This document shows positions 1 to 10,014 of a stretch of DNA of 64,000 bases, piece by piece. Source of the DNA: a virus. The DNA is taken from the IMG/VR virus record IMGVR_UViG_3300037130_000236; one strand, written 5' to 3'. The position numbers were made by a program, and so were the translations under genes. Under the pieces are notes generated by a model. That model was not told the origin of the DNA, ran no database searches, and was given only the letters and a program-made list of their open reading frames with translations. Every line of letters starts with the position of its first letter. The first letter of the stretch is position 1.

Positions 1-2509
1 GTGCAATCGAGAACACCAGGGCAAACGAGTCCATGAAGCCGGAGATGGTCGAGCCTTCCTTGGCCATGGCAATGAAGATCTCACCAGGCTGGCCGTGCTC
101 GTAGAGTCCGACCGTCAGGTAACCCTCATGTCCCGCGATGGCGAACTTGTGGGTCATGGCCGGCCGAGTATCCGGCAGACGATGGCGCACGGCGCGCGGC
201 GGCGCATTCGGATCATCCAGAGTCGTTTCAGCAGCAGCCTTGGCATCGAGCTCGTTCAGAATGTCCTGAACTGTCTCGGCCTTCTTGTTTTCCTTGCTGG
301 TCACCAGCACCTGGTTGGACTTCGAGCCATCGCGGTAGATTGCAACAGCCTTCAGGCCCAGCTTCCAAGCCTGCATATAAGCATCCTCGATCTCCTCGAC
401 GGTTGCCGTGGCAGGCATGTTCACGGTCTTCGAGATTGCGCCGGAAAGAAAGGGCTGCGTGGCCGCCATCATCTTGACGTGTCCCATGTATTGAATGAAT
501 CGCTCGCCCTTGGTCGGCTTGAAAGCCGTGTCGAAGACAGCCAGGTGTTCAGCCTTCAGCGTCGTTCCTTCCAGGCACCCGAACTTGTCGATGTAGACGA
601 TGAAATCGTCGATCTTCTGATGGCCGTAGCCAAGCTTTTCCAGTGCCTGGGTAACGGTCTCGTTGACGATCTTGAGCTGTCCACCGCCGACCAACTTCTT
701 GTACTTGACCAAAGCCAGCTCAGGTTCAATGCCTGTGGTATCGCAGTCCATGAGGAACCCGATGGTGCCGGTGGGCGCCAGGACCGAGACTTGGGCATTG
801 CGGTAGCCGTAATTGAAGCCCTGATCGTAGGCAGTCTGCCAGTTGGACACCGCTGCACTGAACAGATCGTTCGGAATGGCGCTGCGGTCGATATGATCCA
901 GGGCCTCGTTGTGCATCCGGATCACGTCCAGGAAGGACTCCTTGTTGCTGAACCAACCGGGGCAAGCCCCTGTGTCTCCGGACCTCAAGCCTGTAGCCGA
1001 CTGCAGAGGTGCCAGATTCTCAGCCAGGAAGGCCGAGGTGGCGTAGGACCGTCCTGTCATGATCGCGGTGATCACCGCGGCATAGCTGCGGCCTTCATCG
1101 GAGTCATAAGGCAGGCCGAGGGCCATCAGAAGCGCGCCAAGATTGGCATATCCCAGCCCCAAAGGCCTGTAGTCATGCGAGTTCTTTGCGATGCGCTCAG
1201 TCGGATACCCAGACAGATCGACCAGAATGTCCTGCGCGATCGTGAACAGAGTCACCGCTTGCTCGAATGCCTTGACATCGAAAACGCCGTTCCTGAGGAA
1301 CTTCAACAGATTCAGCGAAGCCAGATTGCAGGCCGAATCGTCCAAAAAGAGGTATTCGGAGCAGGGATTCGAGGCGTTGATGCGGCCGCTCTCCTTGCAG
1401 GTATGCCACTTGTTGATGGTGTCATCGAACTGCATTCCCGGATCGCCGCACTCCCATGTGGCATGAGCGATTCTGTGCATCAGGTCGCGCGCGCGGTAGT
1501 TTTCGACCTCTTCTCTGGTTTTGACGGTCAATGTGCAGAAGTTGAGGTCTTTTTCGACCGCGTACATGAATTGATCGCTCACGCGCACCGAGTTGTTGGC
1601 ATTCTGATAGAACACCGAAGCGTACGCCGGACTGTCCGGCCCGCTCGTTCCGTCATAGCCTTCGCGCATCAGCGCCTGGGCCTTCTTGTCCTCCAGCAAC
1701 TTGCACTCGATGAAGTCCACGATGTCGGGATGCTCGATGTCCAGGATGGCCATCTTGGCCGCACGCCGCGTCTTGCCGCCTGACTTGATCACGCCGGCGA
1801 AAGCATCCAGGCCCTTCATAAAGGACAGTGGGCCGCTGGCGACACCGCCGCCTGATACCGACTCCTTGCTGGACCGCAGAGGACTGAAGTTGGTCCCGGT
1901 CCCGGAGCCAAACTTGAACAGAAGAGCCTCGGTCCTGGCCAAGGCCATGATCTCTTCCATCGAATCTCCGACGGAGTTGATGAAGCATGCCGAGCATTGA
2001 GGATTCTTGTAGCCTGTGGCGCCGTGAACGGTGGCCATGAGAGTGCTGTCCGGATACATAGGACCCCAGTGCCAACTCCCTGCCTGGGCATTGGGCTCGT
2101 ACTGGTCGCAGCCCACGTTAAACCACACCGGAGAATTGAAGGCTCCATACTGGTTGAGGAGCAGGAACGCCAACTCATGGGCAAATATCTCGGCGTTCTC
2201 GTTGTCGAAATAGCCCTGGGCAATACCGGCAGCGGTGATGGTCTTCACAACGCGGCGAACAAGCTGATCAACGCCAGTCTCGCGCTCGGCGGTTTCAAGC
2301 TTCCCGTAGAAATACTTGCTGACCACGATGTTGGTTGCGGTCACCGACCAGCTTTCGGGAACACGCACACCCTTCTGTTCGAAGATCACTTCACCTTTGA
2401 AGTTGGTGATCCGAGCGGTGCGTTCTTCCCACTTGATGGCGGTATACGGATCTTCACCCTTGGTGAAGTACCGATTGACCTCGATTTGATTCACGATGCT
2501 TCCTTTCAT
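1..2509 (-). CDS. nrdJ: Class II (adenosylcobalamin-dependent) ribonucleotide reductase, truncated at the window edge
   Basis: Manual minus-strand translation from ATG 2509 (MKGSIVNQIEVNRYFTKGEDPY...) contains FNSPVWFNVG, PQCSACFI, GSGTGTNFS, GGKTRRAAKM, NASNPCSEY, SACNLASLN, VLAPTGTIGFLMDCDTTGIEP and a C-terminal RHRLPD...THKF...GEIFI domain. It is missing from the ORF track because it runs off the edge. Confidence 0.96.
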   Translation of the reverse strand, partial: MKGSIVNQIEVNRYFTKGEDPYTAIKWEERTARITNFKGEVIFEQKGVRVPESWSVTATNIVVSKYFYGKLETAERETGVDQLVRRVVKTITAAGIAQGYFDNENAEIFAHELAFLLLNQYGAFNSPVWFNVGCDQYEPNAQAGSWHWGPMYPDSTLMATVHGATGYKNPQCSACFINSVGDSMEEIMALARTEALLFKFGSGTGTNFSPLRSSKESVSGGGVASGPLSFMKGLDAFAGVIKSGGKTRRAAKMAILDIEHPDIVDFIECKLLEDKKAQALMREGYDGTSGPDSPAYASVFYQNANNSVRVSDQFMYAVEKDLNFCTLTVKTREEVENYRARDLMHRIAHATWECGDPGMQFDDTINKWHTCKESGRINASNPCSEYLFLDDSACNLASLNLLKFLRNGVFDVKAFEQAVTLFTIAQDILVDLSGYPTERIAKNSHDYRPLGLGYANLGALLMALGLPYDSDEGRSYAAVITAIMTGRSYATSAFLAENLAPLQSATGLRSGDTGACPGWFSNKESFLDVIRMHNEALDHIDRSAIPNDLFSAAVSNWQTAYDQGFNYGYRNAQVSVLAPTGTIGFLMDCDTTGIEPELALVKYKKLVGGGQLKIVNETVTQALEKLGYGHQKIDDFIVYIDKFGCLEGTTLKAEHLAVFDTAFKPTKGERFIQYMGHVKMMAATQPFLSGAISKTVNMPATATVEEIEDAYMQAWKLGLKAVAIYRDGSKSNQVLVTSKENKKAETVQDILNELDAKAAAETTLDDPNAPPRAVRHRLPDTRPAMTHKFAIAGHEGYLTVGLYEHGQPGEIFIAMAKEGSTISGFMDSFALVFSIA

Positions 2510-2562
2510 TGACACCTTACCTGCCCTCCGTTTGTTCCGCGATCAGGTAAATCCCCTATGAG

Positions 2563-2781
2563 CTACCTGACTGTCGTGAAATGACCGCACTTTCGACAAA
2601 GCACTTCTGTCCAGCCTGTTAATGGTTTGTCGAACAGTATCTGGTCACCGCAACAGCCCGTTGCAGTCTCATACCAGCCAACCGATCCGCGGGGAAGCCG
2701 GGGATCGGGAGCGCCACTGAGCAAAAGGGCAAGCTGATCTCCGATTGTCATGAACGTGCAGACTGCATCAGCCACTGGCAA
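2563..2781 (-). CDS. Small hypothetical protein with Cys pairs (CC...CRKC)
   Basis: Tiles with neighbours; possible zinc ribbon. Confidence 0.4.
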   Translation of the reverse strand: MPVADAVCTFMTIGDQLALLLSGAPDPRLPRGSVGWYETATGCCGDQILFDKPLTGWTEVLCRKCGHFTTVR

Positions 2782-2989
2782 GCTCCTTTGCGTGGTTCAG
2801 AGCGTCCACGGCATCTTCAGCAAGACCGTACTCGTGATTGGAGGGATATTCGATTTCTTCGCCGTCAGGACCGATCAGGTTGAGCGACCCTGATTCGAAC
2901 TCGATAGCGATCGTCACCTGATAACCCGCGGGCAATTCACGAGCACATTGCTCAAGGCATGCATTGAGTTCTTCTGGTCTATGGGACAT
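2768..2989 (-). CDS. Hypothetical acidic protein
   Basis: Tiles on the minus strand; protein-like composition. Confidence 0.55.
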   Translation of the reverse strand: MSHRPEELNACLEQCARELPAGYQVTIAIEFESGSLNLIGPDGEEIEYPSNHEYGLAEDAVDALNHAKELASG

Positions 2990-3014
2990 AGCCAGTCCTG
3001 CCTTTCATGTTGAG

Positions 3015-3290
3015 TTAGCTGTTCAGGAAGTCGGCGATCGCGCCGGCGATGCGAGGATCGGCAAGACTGGCGATGGTCCTCGAATTGTTGTCGATCAGAT
3101 AGTGGATCTCCGAATGACTGAGCACTGTAACCGGGGGTGCGTAATAGAGCCGGGCCAAAGCCAAGGAGGCATTTGCCCTCCGGGCTGCTCGCTTTTGCTG
3201 CACACGAACAGCTGCCGCCAGTTGTTCTCGCCGAGGAATACTGGTTGAAAGAGGAGTTGAAGGTCGCTCTTCGTACCCGTGCCAGCTCAT
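3015..3290 (-). CDS. Hypothetical protein
   Basis: ATG at 3290 overlaps the stop of the upstream ORF. Confidence 0.45.
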   Translation of the reverse strand: MSWHGYEERPSTPLSTSIPRREQLAAAVRVQQKRAARRANASLALARLYYAPPVTVLSHSEIHYLIDNNSRTIASLADPRIAGAIADFLNS

Positions 3291-3502
3291 AGCACTCCTT
3301 TGAAAACAGGCGGATGCTTGAAACGCTGGCAAGCGCCTGACTCCCGATGAAGGTGTGCCTGGCCGGTGTACCGGCAACGCCAGCACACGCGGCGCCAGTC
3401 GGATGACTTGACGCCGCGCAGAAGCCACCACCAGAACTGGGAGTTGAACGGCCAGTGGTGGCGTTTGATGACCTTGTGGGGTTCCCAAAAGAGCTTAGGC
3501 AT
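3287..3502 (-). CDS. Hypothetical Trp/Arg-rich protein
   Basis: Overlaps the ligase stop; tiles. Confidence 0.45.
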   Translation of the reverse strand: MPKLFWEPHKVIKRHHWPFNSQFWWWLLRGVKSSDWRRVCWRCRYTGQAHLHRESGACQRFKHPPVFKGVL

Positions 3503-4589
3503 CGTCCTCGTCGGTCGTACTCTGCTTGAACTTCAGGGTGTCGTAGGCGTCGGCTGCATCCTTGTCTGCGCGCGGTCCCTTGTAGACCGGCTGGAAGAGC
3601 GAGCCGCCTGGGAAGGCATAGAGGTATTCAACCTCCACGATGTTGCCGGCCTCGGGAACCTCATAGTTGGCCGGGATCGTGACATTGCCTACTGTTCTGA
3701 CCCAGGTCGCATCCTGAACAAGGCCGACCTCGACCGAACGCTTGCCTTGGTTCTGCTGAATGACTTGACAGGTTGCCGAGCCCTTGAACTTGAACTTGAG
3801 CTGGTTGCCGCCGGAGTTCGGCCGGCCGGGCACGTACCTGGAGCCCAGCTTCTTGAAGACCACGCCTTCACCGCGCTCGGCTTTGATCTTGTCGAAGAGG
3901 GCGCGCTTGGTCTCGGGTGTGTAAGCCGTCGTCAGGAACCCGATCGCCGGCAAGGATGTCGTCCCCAACAGGCCCTCCAACAATGACCAGCGGTTCTCAA
4001 CAGGCATGCCGGTCGTATCCTGGCCGCCGTAACGAAGGACATCGAAGGGCCAGTACACGTCGCCAATCGCTTCGCCGTCGAGGATGAAGTCAGCATCCCG
4101 CTTGGTGCGAAGACTCAGAACGCCGGCGGCGATGGACTGGGAAACAGCAACGATCAAACCCTTGCGGTTGCCGCCGGTGATTTGGTCACCAACGCGCGTG
4201 ACAAACTGACGGACGCCGTCCTTTTTCTCCTGCATGCAGTAGTTCTCGCTGTCGAGCAGAAACTCCACCTGCTCTTCATCGACAGCGTTCAGGAGCTGCG
4301 GAATCAACCCGCTCTGCTGGCCAGCTAGCTCGCTGCCGGCGTAGGGCGTGCCCTCTTCGCCCTCGGAATAGCCTTTGCCCTTCTTCTCGGCTACGAGCTT
4401 GTCGTAGACCTTCTGTGCCGCGGCCAGGGCTACCGGCGTTGCGGTCTTGCTTCCGCTGTTCAGCGTCGAACCCCGCCGACCGTACTGGAAATTGACAACA
4501 TATCCGTTGTCTTTCTCCTCGATCTGGGCGTGGTAAACCTTGTCAGAGCTGCCGTCGCGGTACGCGAGGCTGATTGACTGCACACTCAT
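3495..4589 (-). CDS. WGR-domain / ATP-dependent DNA ligase fusion
   Basis: N-terminal SDKVY...QYGRRG (WGR-like); ligase motifs EKKDG, LDGE, FDVL, EGVVFK, KFK; C-terminal OB fold. Confidence 0.85.
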   Translation of the reverse strand: MSVQSISLAYRDGSSDKVYHAQIEEKDNGYVVNFQYGRRGSTLNSGSKTATPVALAAAQKVYDKLVAEKKGKGYSEGEEGTPYAGSELAGQQSGLIPQLLNAVDEEQVEFLLDSENYCMQEKKDGVRQFVTRVGDQITGGNRKGLIVAVSQSIAAGVLSLRTKRDADFILDGEAIGDVYWPFDVLRYGGQDTTGMPVENRWSLLEGLLGTTSLPAIGFLTTAYTPETKRALFDKIKAERGEGVVFKKLGSRYVPGRPNSGGNQLKFKFKGSATCQVIQQNQGKRSVEVGLVQDATWVRTVGNVTIPANYEVPEAGNIVEVEYLYAFPGGSLFQPVYKGPRADKDAADAYDTLKFKQSTTDEDDA

Positions 4590-4604
4590 TCTCTTTCTCC
4601 AATT

Positions 4605-4988
4605 TCAATCTGTGCCTGTCGGCAACATGGCGATTCCCGCCTGAGCTTTCAGGACATTGCGTTTGCGGAAGTGATCCGCCGGGAGAGCCAGCACGCGGTC
4701 CAGCTCTTGCTTTGTCAGCTTCTGGAAGTCCAGTGACAAAGCTCCACACAACCCAAGGAGGGTGATGCCAACTCCACCCATCTCCTGTTCAACCTTGCCG
4801 ACCGGCCGGGAGTAGACGTGGTTGACAATGCGAAGGGCATCCTCGTGAGGAACGCCCATCGCCTGGTTCAACTCGACCACCTCTTCCAGGAAGCGCCGGC
4901 CGCGTTCATGCTTGTCGCGGAAGACCTCCCACCCAAAACTGCTGGTGATCCAGCTCACGGTTCTGGCTGTCAGTTCATTGAGCTGCAT
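4605..4988 (-). CDS. MazG-like all-alpha nucleotide pyrophosphatase
   Basis: FLEEVVEL...EQEMGGV acidic helix pattern. Confidence 0.5.
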   Translation of the reverse strand: MQLNELTARTVSWITSSFGWEVFRDKHERGRRFLEEVVELNQAMGVPHEDALRIVNHVYSRPVGKVEQEMGGVGITLLGLCGALSLDFQKLTKQELDRVLALPADHFRKRNVLKAQAGIAMLPTGTD

Positions 4989-6043
4989 CAGGCCGCCCTC
5001 TGGAACTGCGTACGCCGGGCTGCTGCTTCCCGGACGATGTTGCAGATCTTGAGAACCGATGCCACTGTTGCGGACAGCACGAGGCCGCTGATCGGTGTAT
5101 CGTGGTCCGTCAGCTCATGAATGAACTGCGACAACAGATCCGCACGGACAGGCTGGCAGCCTTGATCGAGCAACAGATAGCGCAGGTGGGCAGTGAGCCT
5201 CACCCTGATCTCGTCGCCATCACGGGGCTCGGCGAGGGCGAGCTGTTTCCGGCAGATGTCCCAGTCTCCTCTGACCACCGCGGCGTTGAGCACCTTGATG
5301 TCAACCTTGCCGGAAAAGTCGGAGGACACGGCTGCAGCTTCGAGTGTGGCGCCATTGGACAGCCGTTCAACGGCCGACACGACATCGCCTGGTGCGAAGA
5401 TGCTCCGCTCAACCAGAAGCTGGGTCAGAGCAAGAACGGTCTGTTGATCGAAGCCGCCTTCCACCACAAACGGAGAGGCGTAATTGATCAACTGTTCAAT
5501 CTCTGAAGCACTGAGCCCATCCACAGTGAACTGGCAGCTCCCACAGCGTTTCTGAAGCGCCGGGATCAGCTTGGTTGGATCGGTCGTGCAGAAGATGAAG
5601 ATGTTGCAGGAGTCAGCCTGCTCAAGCGGCTTGAGCAGAATGTTCTGGGCGGCCGTCGTCATCTGCTGGCACTCGTCGAGGATGAACACCCGGTAGAAAC
5701 CGGCTCGCGGTGTCCAGCGCAGATCATTCAACAGATCGCGCATGTCCTCTGCCTTGCCGAAGGCCGCGGCGTTCATCTCATTGATCTCGAAGTCAGCATT
5801 CTCCAGGCAGGCGTCACAGGGTTCCCCGAACTCGCCGTGGGTACAGTTGACAGACATGGCCACAATCCTGGCCAGGGTGGTCTTGCCGCCGCGCGAAACC
5901 CCGACAAACTTCAGGGCGGTTGGAACCCGTCCGGCGGAGAACTGGTTCTTGAGTTGTTCGATGGTGTCGGTGTAACCGATCACCTCGCTGAAACGTCGCG
6001 GCCGCAGTGAGACGCTCAGGTTCCGTTCTTGTGTGTCAGGCAT
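4988..6043 (-). CDS. dnaX: DNA polymerase III clamp-loader subunit (gamma/tau-like, no tau C-terminal domain)
   Basis: LRPRRFSEVIG, Walker A GVSRGGKTT, Zn module C...PCDAC, FILDECQQMT, AQNILLKPLE, KRC arginine finger. Confidence 0.9.
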   Translation of the reverse strand: MPDTQERNLSVSLRPRRFSEVIGYTDTIEQLKNQFSAGRVPTALKFVGVSRGGKTTLARIVAMSVNCTHGEFGEPCDACLENADFEINEMNAAAFGKAEDMRDLLNDLRWTPRAGFYRVFILDECQQMTTAAQNILLKPLEQADSCNIFIFCTTDPTKLIPALQKRCGSCQFTVDGLSASEIEQLINYASPFVVEGGFDQQTVLALTQLLVERSIFAPGDVVSAVERLSNGATLEAAAVSSDFSGKVDIKVLNAAVVRGDWDICRKQLALAEPRDGDEIRVRLTAHLRYLLLDQGCQPVRADLLSQFIHELTDHDTPISGLVLSATVASVLKICNIVREAAARRTQFQRAA

Positions 6044-6088
6044 GCTTACCCTTCCGTTGTTTGAGACCCTTGACGATCTCGTGGAGGC

Positions 6089-6358
6089 TCATAGCTCGAT
6101 CTCATAGTCGGCGCCCATCGAAACCAGGGAACCTTCTGACCATCTCTTCTGAAGGTCTTCAAAGCTGCTGAACTCAGGCTCGGAGAATGGATAGATCAGC
6201 TCGCCTCCGCCACCTTCCTTTTCGATCACGCCTGCTTTCTCAAGCGCATAGAGAAAGGCACTGACCCGCGTGAACTCTTCGAGTTCAAGTTCGACATCAT
6301 CCAGGTACACCTGGTTGTTGTCCGAGTAGATGAACTCAATGCTGTACTTCATCTTCAT
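6089..6358 (-). CDS. Hypothetical acidic protein
   Basis: ATGA overlap with the ligase stop. Confidence 0.55.
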   Translation of the reverse strand: MKMKYSIEFIYSDNNQVYLDDVELELEEFTRVSAFLYALEKAGVIEKEGGGGELIYPFSEPEFSSFEDLQKRWSEGSLVSMGADYEIEL

Positions 6359-7428
6359 GACTTGTCCTCCCGCAGCCGGCGGAACTTGCCCATGCGAAGC
6401 GCCGCGCCATCCTTGGTCAGGTTCTGGTAATAGATCTCGGCCACCAGGCCGACCAGCTCGCCCCGAAGGTGCTGTTTCCAGAGCCGGTCACGGTCCAGGT
6501 CGGAAACCTTCTTGCCCATGCCGACTTCGCATTCGATCATCTGTCCGCCGGGAACACTGTCGCTGTCCCGATCCGGTGAGATGTTACCGTCATCACAGAG
6601 ATAGCCTCTGACCATCAGGTTGCCCAGGATGCCGGCGTGCTTGCCGCGGCCTTCCATGGCGCCGATGATCTCCATATCGCCGTCGATGAACGGCTTCCAC
6701 TTGAGCCAGACACCAGACTTCCGGAACTGGTATATGCCATCGACATCCTTGAGAACGATGCCTTCGTAACCCTGTTCCAGATACAGGTCTGTCCAGTGCT
6801 TGATGGCTTCCGGGTTGTTCGGCGCCCGGTAGGCAACGACCTTGATGATCTGCAAGTGATCGATGGCATCGGTCGCACAGTCCAGGGAGATCTTCCGGCT
6901 CTCTTGTGTTCGAGTGCAGGTCTTGCTTTCGAACTCAGATGTCAGAATCGTGTCCCAGACATGGAAGTCAATGGCCAGACTGCGCTCATCGAAGTCATGC
7001 CGGCGAAGCAGGCCACTGGTGACATCAAATGCCTCAGGCTGGTCGATCCCATGGATCAGGAACTCACCATCGAAGGTGCGATTGTCAACCAAAGCTGGAT
7101 AGAGGACGGCACTCTCTTCAAAGATCTTCAGGATGTGCCCGACGTTGTAGTGCGGCAATCCTGTCGAGCTGTAGGCAATCGCCTTCCCGTCCTTGACCAC
7201 CACAATGCCACGGATACCATCCAGTTTGGGTTCGAGGTAAACCTCCCGGAACTTGGGCGGCTTCTTCGGGTCGTAAACCTTGCACAGCTGGATGCCCTCG
7301 CGCTTGCGGCGGACAACCACCGGGCCTTGAACAGTGATGATCTCGACTACCTGCTCGCCAGGCTCAAGCTCATCCCAAAGAAATGGGCTCATCGTTGTTT
7401 CCTTCGCTGTAACTGTTTCGGTGGCCAA
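6355..7428 (-). CDS. ATP-dependent DNA ligase (phage-type)
   Basis: EPKLDGIRG, FDGEF, FHVWD, YEGIVLKD, WLKWKP, GRGKHAGILG OB domain. Confidence 0.92.
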   Translation of the reverse strand: MATETVTAKETTMSPFLWDELEPGEQVVEIITVQGPVVVRRKREGIQLCKVYDPKKPPKFREVYLEPKLDGIRGIVVVKDGKAIAYSSTGLPHYNVGHILKIFEESAVLYPALVDNRTFDGEFLIHGIDQPEAFDVTSGLLRRHDFDERSLAIDFHVWDTILTSEFESKTCTRTQESRKISLDCATDAIDHLQIIKVVAYRAPNNPEAIKHWTDLYLEQGYEGIVLKDVDGIYQFRKSGVWLKWKPFIDGDMEIIGAMEGRGKHAGILGNLMVRGYLCDDGNISPDRDSDSVPGGQMIECEVGMGKKVSDLDRDRLWKQHLRGELVGLVAEIYYQNLTKDGAALRMGKFRRLREDKS

Positions 7429-7870
7429 TCAGAAGGCAGCTTGAACTTGTGCTTTGGCCAGTCGATCCAGGGCACAAGAACACATGTCGTTTGCACCCAG
7501 GAACTGTGTAGCCGCCGCCGTGGGCGCTTGCAGATAGGCTGGCCATCGAACTCGTTCCAATAGGCCCAGAACGTACGCCAGAAATGAATCGGGTTGTAGA
7601 TGCGCATGGTTCTCCTGGTTCTTGAAATGCAACGGGTCGGATTGGTTGCCGACTTGATTCGGTATGACCGGGATAGAACCGGGAACACCCGGCCTCTGTG
7701 GATTGCCGAAAAGCCCTCGACGCCCTTGTCGCCGTACAAGCGGGATTGGTTACCCCTGGGCATGGCCGCACAGTTTCTGCCTGTCACCAGGCAGGGGCCA
7801 CATACAATATCGAATCGCTCCCTAGTAAAGCCGCGGTCCTACACCGCGAGCCGTTGCAAACTTATGTTGT

Positions 7871-8596
7871 TCAGATCAATCCGAGTCCCAGCTCTTCGCG
7901 CCGTGCGCGCGCGGCGCGCGCCAGCTCGGCGATCTTGGTCTGTTCCAGAAACTCGCGCCGGAAGTAGTCGAGTGCCCGCTCGACGATTGCATTCTTATCA
8001 GGGGAGGGCTTCTTGATCACCCAGACCGGATCGACCATGCAGAAGATCGGAATGCCTGGCAGCAACGAGCTCTCAAACCACTGGGTGTCGTGCGTCTTGG
8101 CCTTCGGCTTGTCGTTAGCTTCTTCGCCGAAGCCAAGCATGGCCCCGGCGGCCGTCCAACCGAGAATCATCACAGCTTCCAGATTGGGCATGGCACGGAT
8201 TACACGGAGGCATCTGGGACCGAAGCAGGCTGAGATCTCGGACTTGTCCGGCTCTCGCTGCTGTTTCTCATCGCCCTTCCGTTCCAGCGGAGGCTGGCAT
8301 TGCACCATACTGGTGATGAACACGTCTTTGGTTGTGTCCAGTTTGAGGAGCCTCATCCATTTCTCGAAGGCTTTTCCGTGGGCTCCGACCATCGAAACTC
8401 CACGTTCAGTTTCCGCGTCCCGTGGAGCCTCATACACCACGGCAATCCGAGCGTTGGGATCGCCGCGGTAAATGAAGCCACGGTTGTAAGGATGGATCAG
8501 ACTGAGCCGGCAGCCGTCACAAGGAACACAAAGCGCCTTGATGACGTCGCTTATCTTCTCCTGCTGAACTTCAAGCCCATCGAAGAGTGTAAACAT
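7871..8596 (-). CDS. Uracil-DNA glycosylase family 4-like protein (4Fe-4S Cys retained, catalytic motifs altered)
   Basis: CDGC, RGDPNARIAVVYEAP, DVFITSMVQCQPP, EISACFGPRCL. Confidence 0.8.
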   Translation of the reverse strand: MFTLFDGLEVQQEKISDVIKALCVPCDGCRLSLIHPYNRGFIYRGDPNARIAVVYEAPRDAETERGVSMVGAHGKAFEKWMRLLKLDTTKDVFITSMVQCQPPLERKGDEKQQREPDKSEISACFGPRCLRVIRAMPNLEAVMILGWTAAGAMLGFGEEANDKPKAKTHDTQWFESSLLPGIPIFCMVDPVWVIKKPSPDKNAIVERALDYFRREFLEQTKIAELARAARARREELGLGLI

Positions 8597-8597
8597 G

Positions 8598-8762
8598 TCA
8601 GCGATTGAACCTCTTGCCGATCGTTTCTCCAGCCGCCTGGAAGATGCTGTTACGGTAGGAAGACCGGGCGCCCATCATTACGACGCCCACAAAGGTCACA
8701 CCCACCAGGAGCCAGAAGGTCTTCGTGAACAGTCTGGCAACAACAAAAGCCAGGATGTCCAC
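8598..8762 (-). CDS. Small membrane protein (54 aa, GTG start)
   Basis: Manual translation MDILAFVVARLFTKTFWLLVGVTFVGVVMMG...; fills the gap between dnaN and the UDG-like gene exactly. Confidence 0.5.
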   Translation of the reverse strand: MDILAFVVARLFTKTFWLLVGVTFVGVVMMGARSSYRNSIFQAAGETIGKRFNR

Positions 8763-8764
8763 GG

Positions 8765-9964
8765 CTAGGGCCTCACCGGCATGATCGCGTAGGTCGCGTC
8801 GATCCCATCGTTCGCGTCATCCACGATCAACGCCTTGGCCGCCTTCGCCTTCACGTTGTAGTCACTCACTCCGAAGCGGAGCTTCTCGAGGTTGGAACCG
8901 CTGGCCACGTTTTTCACATACGGGAGGTTGGTGGTGATCGAGATGTTGAGATCCGCCGGCATTCCCTCTTCCCGCTCAATCGGAAGCTCGTCTGTGATGT
9001 CGGCATTCTTGCCCTTGGTGATGACACGAATGACGTCACCGACAACCTGGAGCTTCACCAGCAACAGCTCATCGAAAGCCGGCGCGCGTTCGAGCACCTG
9101 CTTGAGCTGTTCCCGGTCGATCTTGAACCAGAAGTCCGGGGCGTGAGTCCGAAGAACACTCACGATGGCCGGGAAGGTTCCGAGCAGTAGCCTGGTGCCG
9201 AAGAAGGTGTTGTCGCCGATCTTGAAGAACAGCTTGACGACATCGTTACGGCCATTCTTCGGGCCTTCGATGACCTTCACACCGTCTTCCTTCTTGACCA
9301 GCTTGGCCAGGGCAGGCAGCGCCAGACGCGGGAGCAGGATGCTCTCCATCTTCTGCGGGCCTTTCTCGCCCTTGATGATGATCCGCGCGCAAGCGTGGCC
9401 GTCCGTCGCCTGCGCTTCAAAGCCCTCATCGCCGCATAGCAGGCGCATGCCGCCTAGCTCGAACTGCTGAGTGCCTTCGTTCTCGTTGGGGATGCAGAAC
9501 GAAACCCGGCGTACGAACTCGGACAAAGCCTGCCCCTTCATGGTGTAGGCTTCGGGCTGCCGGAAAGGAATCTCCTGCATCCGCTTGGCCATTTCATCCA
9601 TGCCGGTCGGATTGTCGCTCAGATGGAAGACGCTCTTGCCGATCTTCACCTGGATCTTGGTCGGCTGATCCTTCTTCTCGATGCGCGAGACGTCGGCAAT
9701 ATCATCCGGGTCGCGGTGAAGCAGGCCGGCACGAAGCTGCCCTGGGTCGAGTAAGGCTTGACCAGGCAATTCGACCGTGGCTGAATGCTTGATGACAGTC
9801 TCGGCTTTGTGCATGGTGGTGTACAACAGAACGGCTGCTTCGGTCTCAGTCTTAAATGCCCTGACCAGGATTCCGCCGGAGCCTTCCGTGCTCTTCTTGT
9901 CAATCGTGAAGGAGACGTCGTTCACTGCTGCGAGCAGGTCTCCGACCTTGATCTGGAATTTCAT
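8765..9964 (-). CDS. dnaN: DNA polymerase III beta sliding clamp
   Basis: ~400 aa three-domain pattern; MKFQIKVGDLLAAV, QATDGHA, TRLLLGTFP, C-terminal YAIMPVR. Confidence 0.85.
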   Translation of the reverse strand: MKFQIKVGDLLAAVNDVSFTIDKKSTEGSGGILVRAFKTETEAAVLLYTTMHKAETVIKHSATVELPGQALLDPGQLRAGLLHRDPDDIADVSRIEKKDQPTKIQVKIGKSVFHLSDNPTGMDEMAKRMQEIPFRQPEAYTMKGQALSEFVRRVSFCIPNENEGTQQFELGGMRLLCGDEGFEAQATDGHACARIIIKGEKGPQKMESILLPRLALPALAKLVKKEDGVKVIEGPKNGRNDVVKLFFKIGDNTFFGTRLLLGTFPAIVSVLRTHAPDFWFKIDREQLKQVLERAPAFDELLLVKLQVVGDVIRVITKGKNADITDELPIEREEGMPADLNISITTNLPYVKNVASGSNLEKLRFGVSDYNVKAKAAKALIVDDANDGIDATYAIMPVRP

Positions 9965-9988
9965 GTGCTGGTTCTCCGTGAGAAATGC

Positions 9989-10010
9989 AAGGCGGGATCG
10001 CTCCCGCCTT
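9989..10010 (-). terminator. GC-rich hairpin immediately after the Rad52-like gene
   Basis: AAGGCGGGA-TCGC-TCCCGCCTT perfect 9-bp inverted repeat. Confidence 0.55.
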
Positions 10011-10014
10011 TGGG

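Noticed and set aside
95-1783. 562-aa plus-strand ORF
   Set aside because: Antisense shadow of nrdJ, whose minus-strand frame carries all the RNR motifs. The same applies to 6637-7563, 11861-12709, 35958-36719, 46035-46928, 56556-57413 and 60843-61928.
4988-6043. Programmed -1 frameshift of dnaX
   Set aside because: No A-AAA-AAG slippery site and no tau C-terminal domain in another frame; the next gene is directly coupled.
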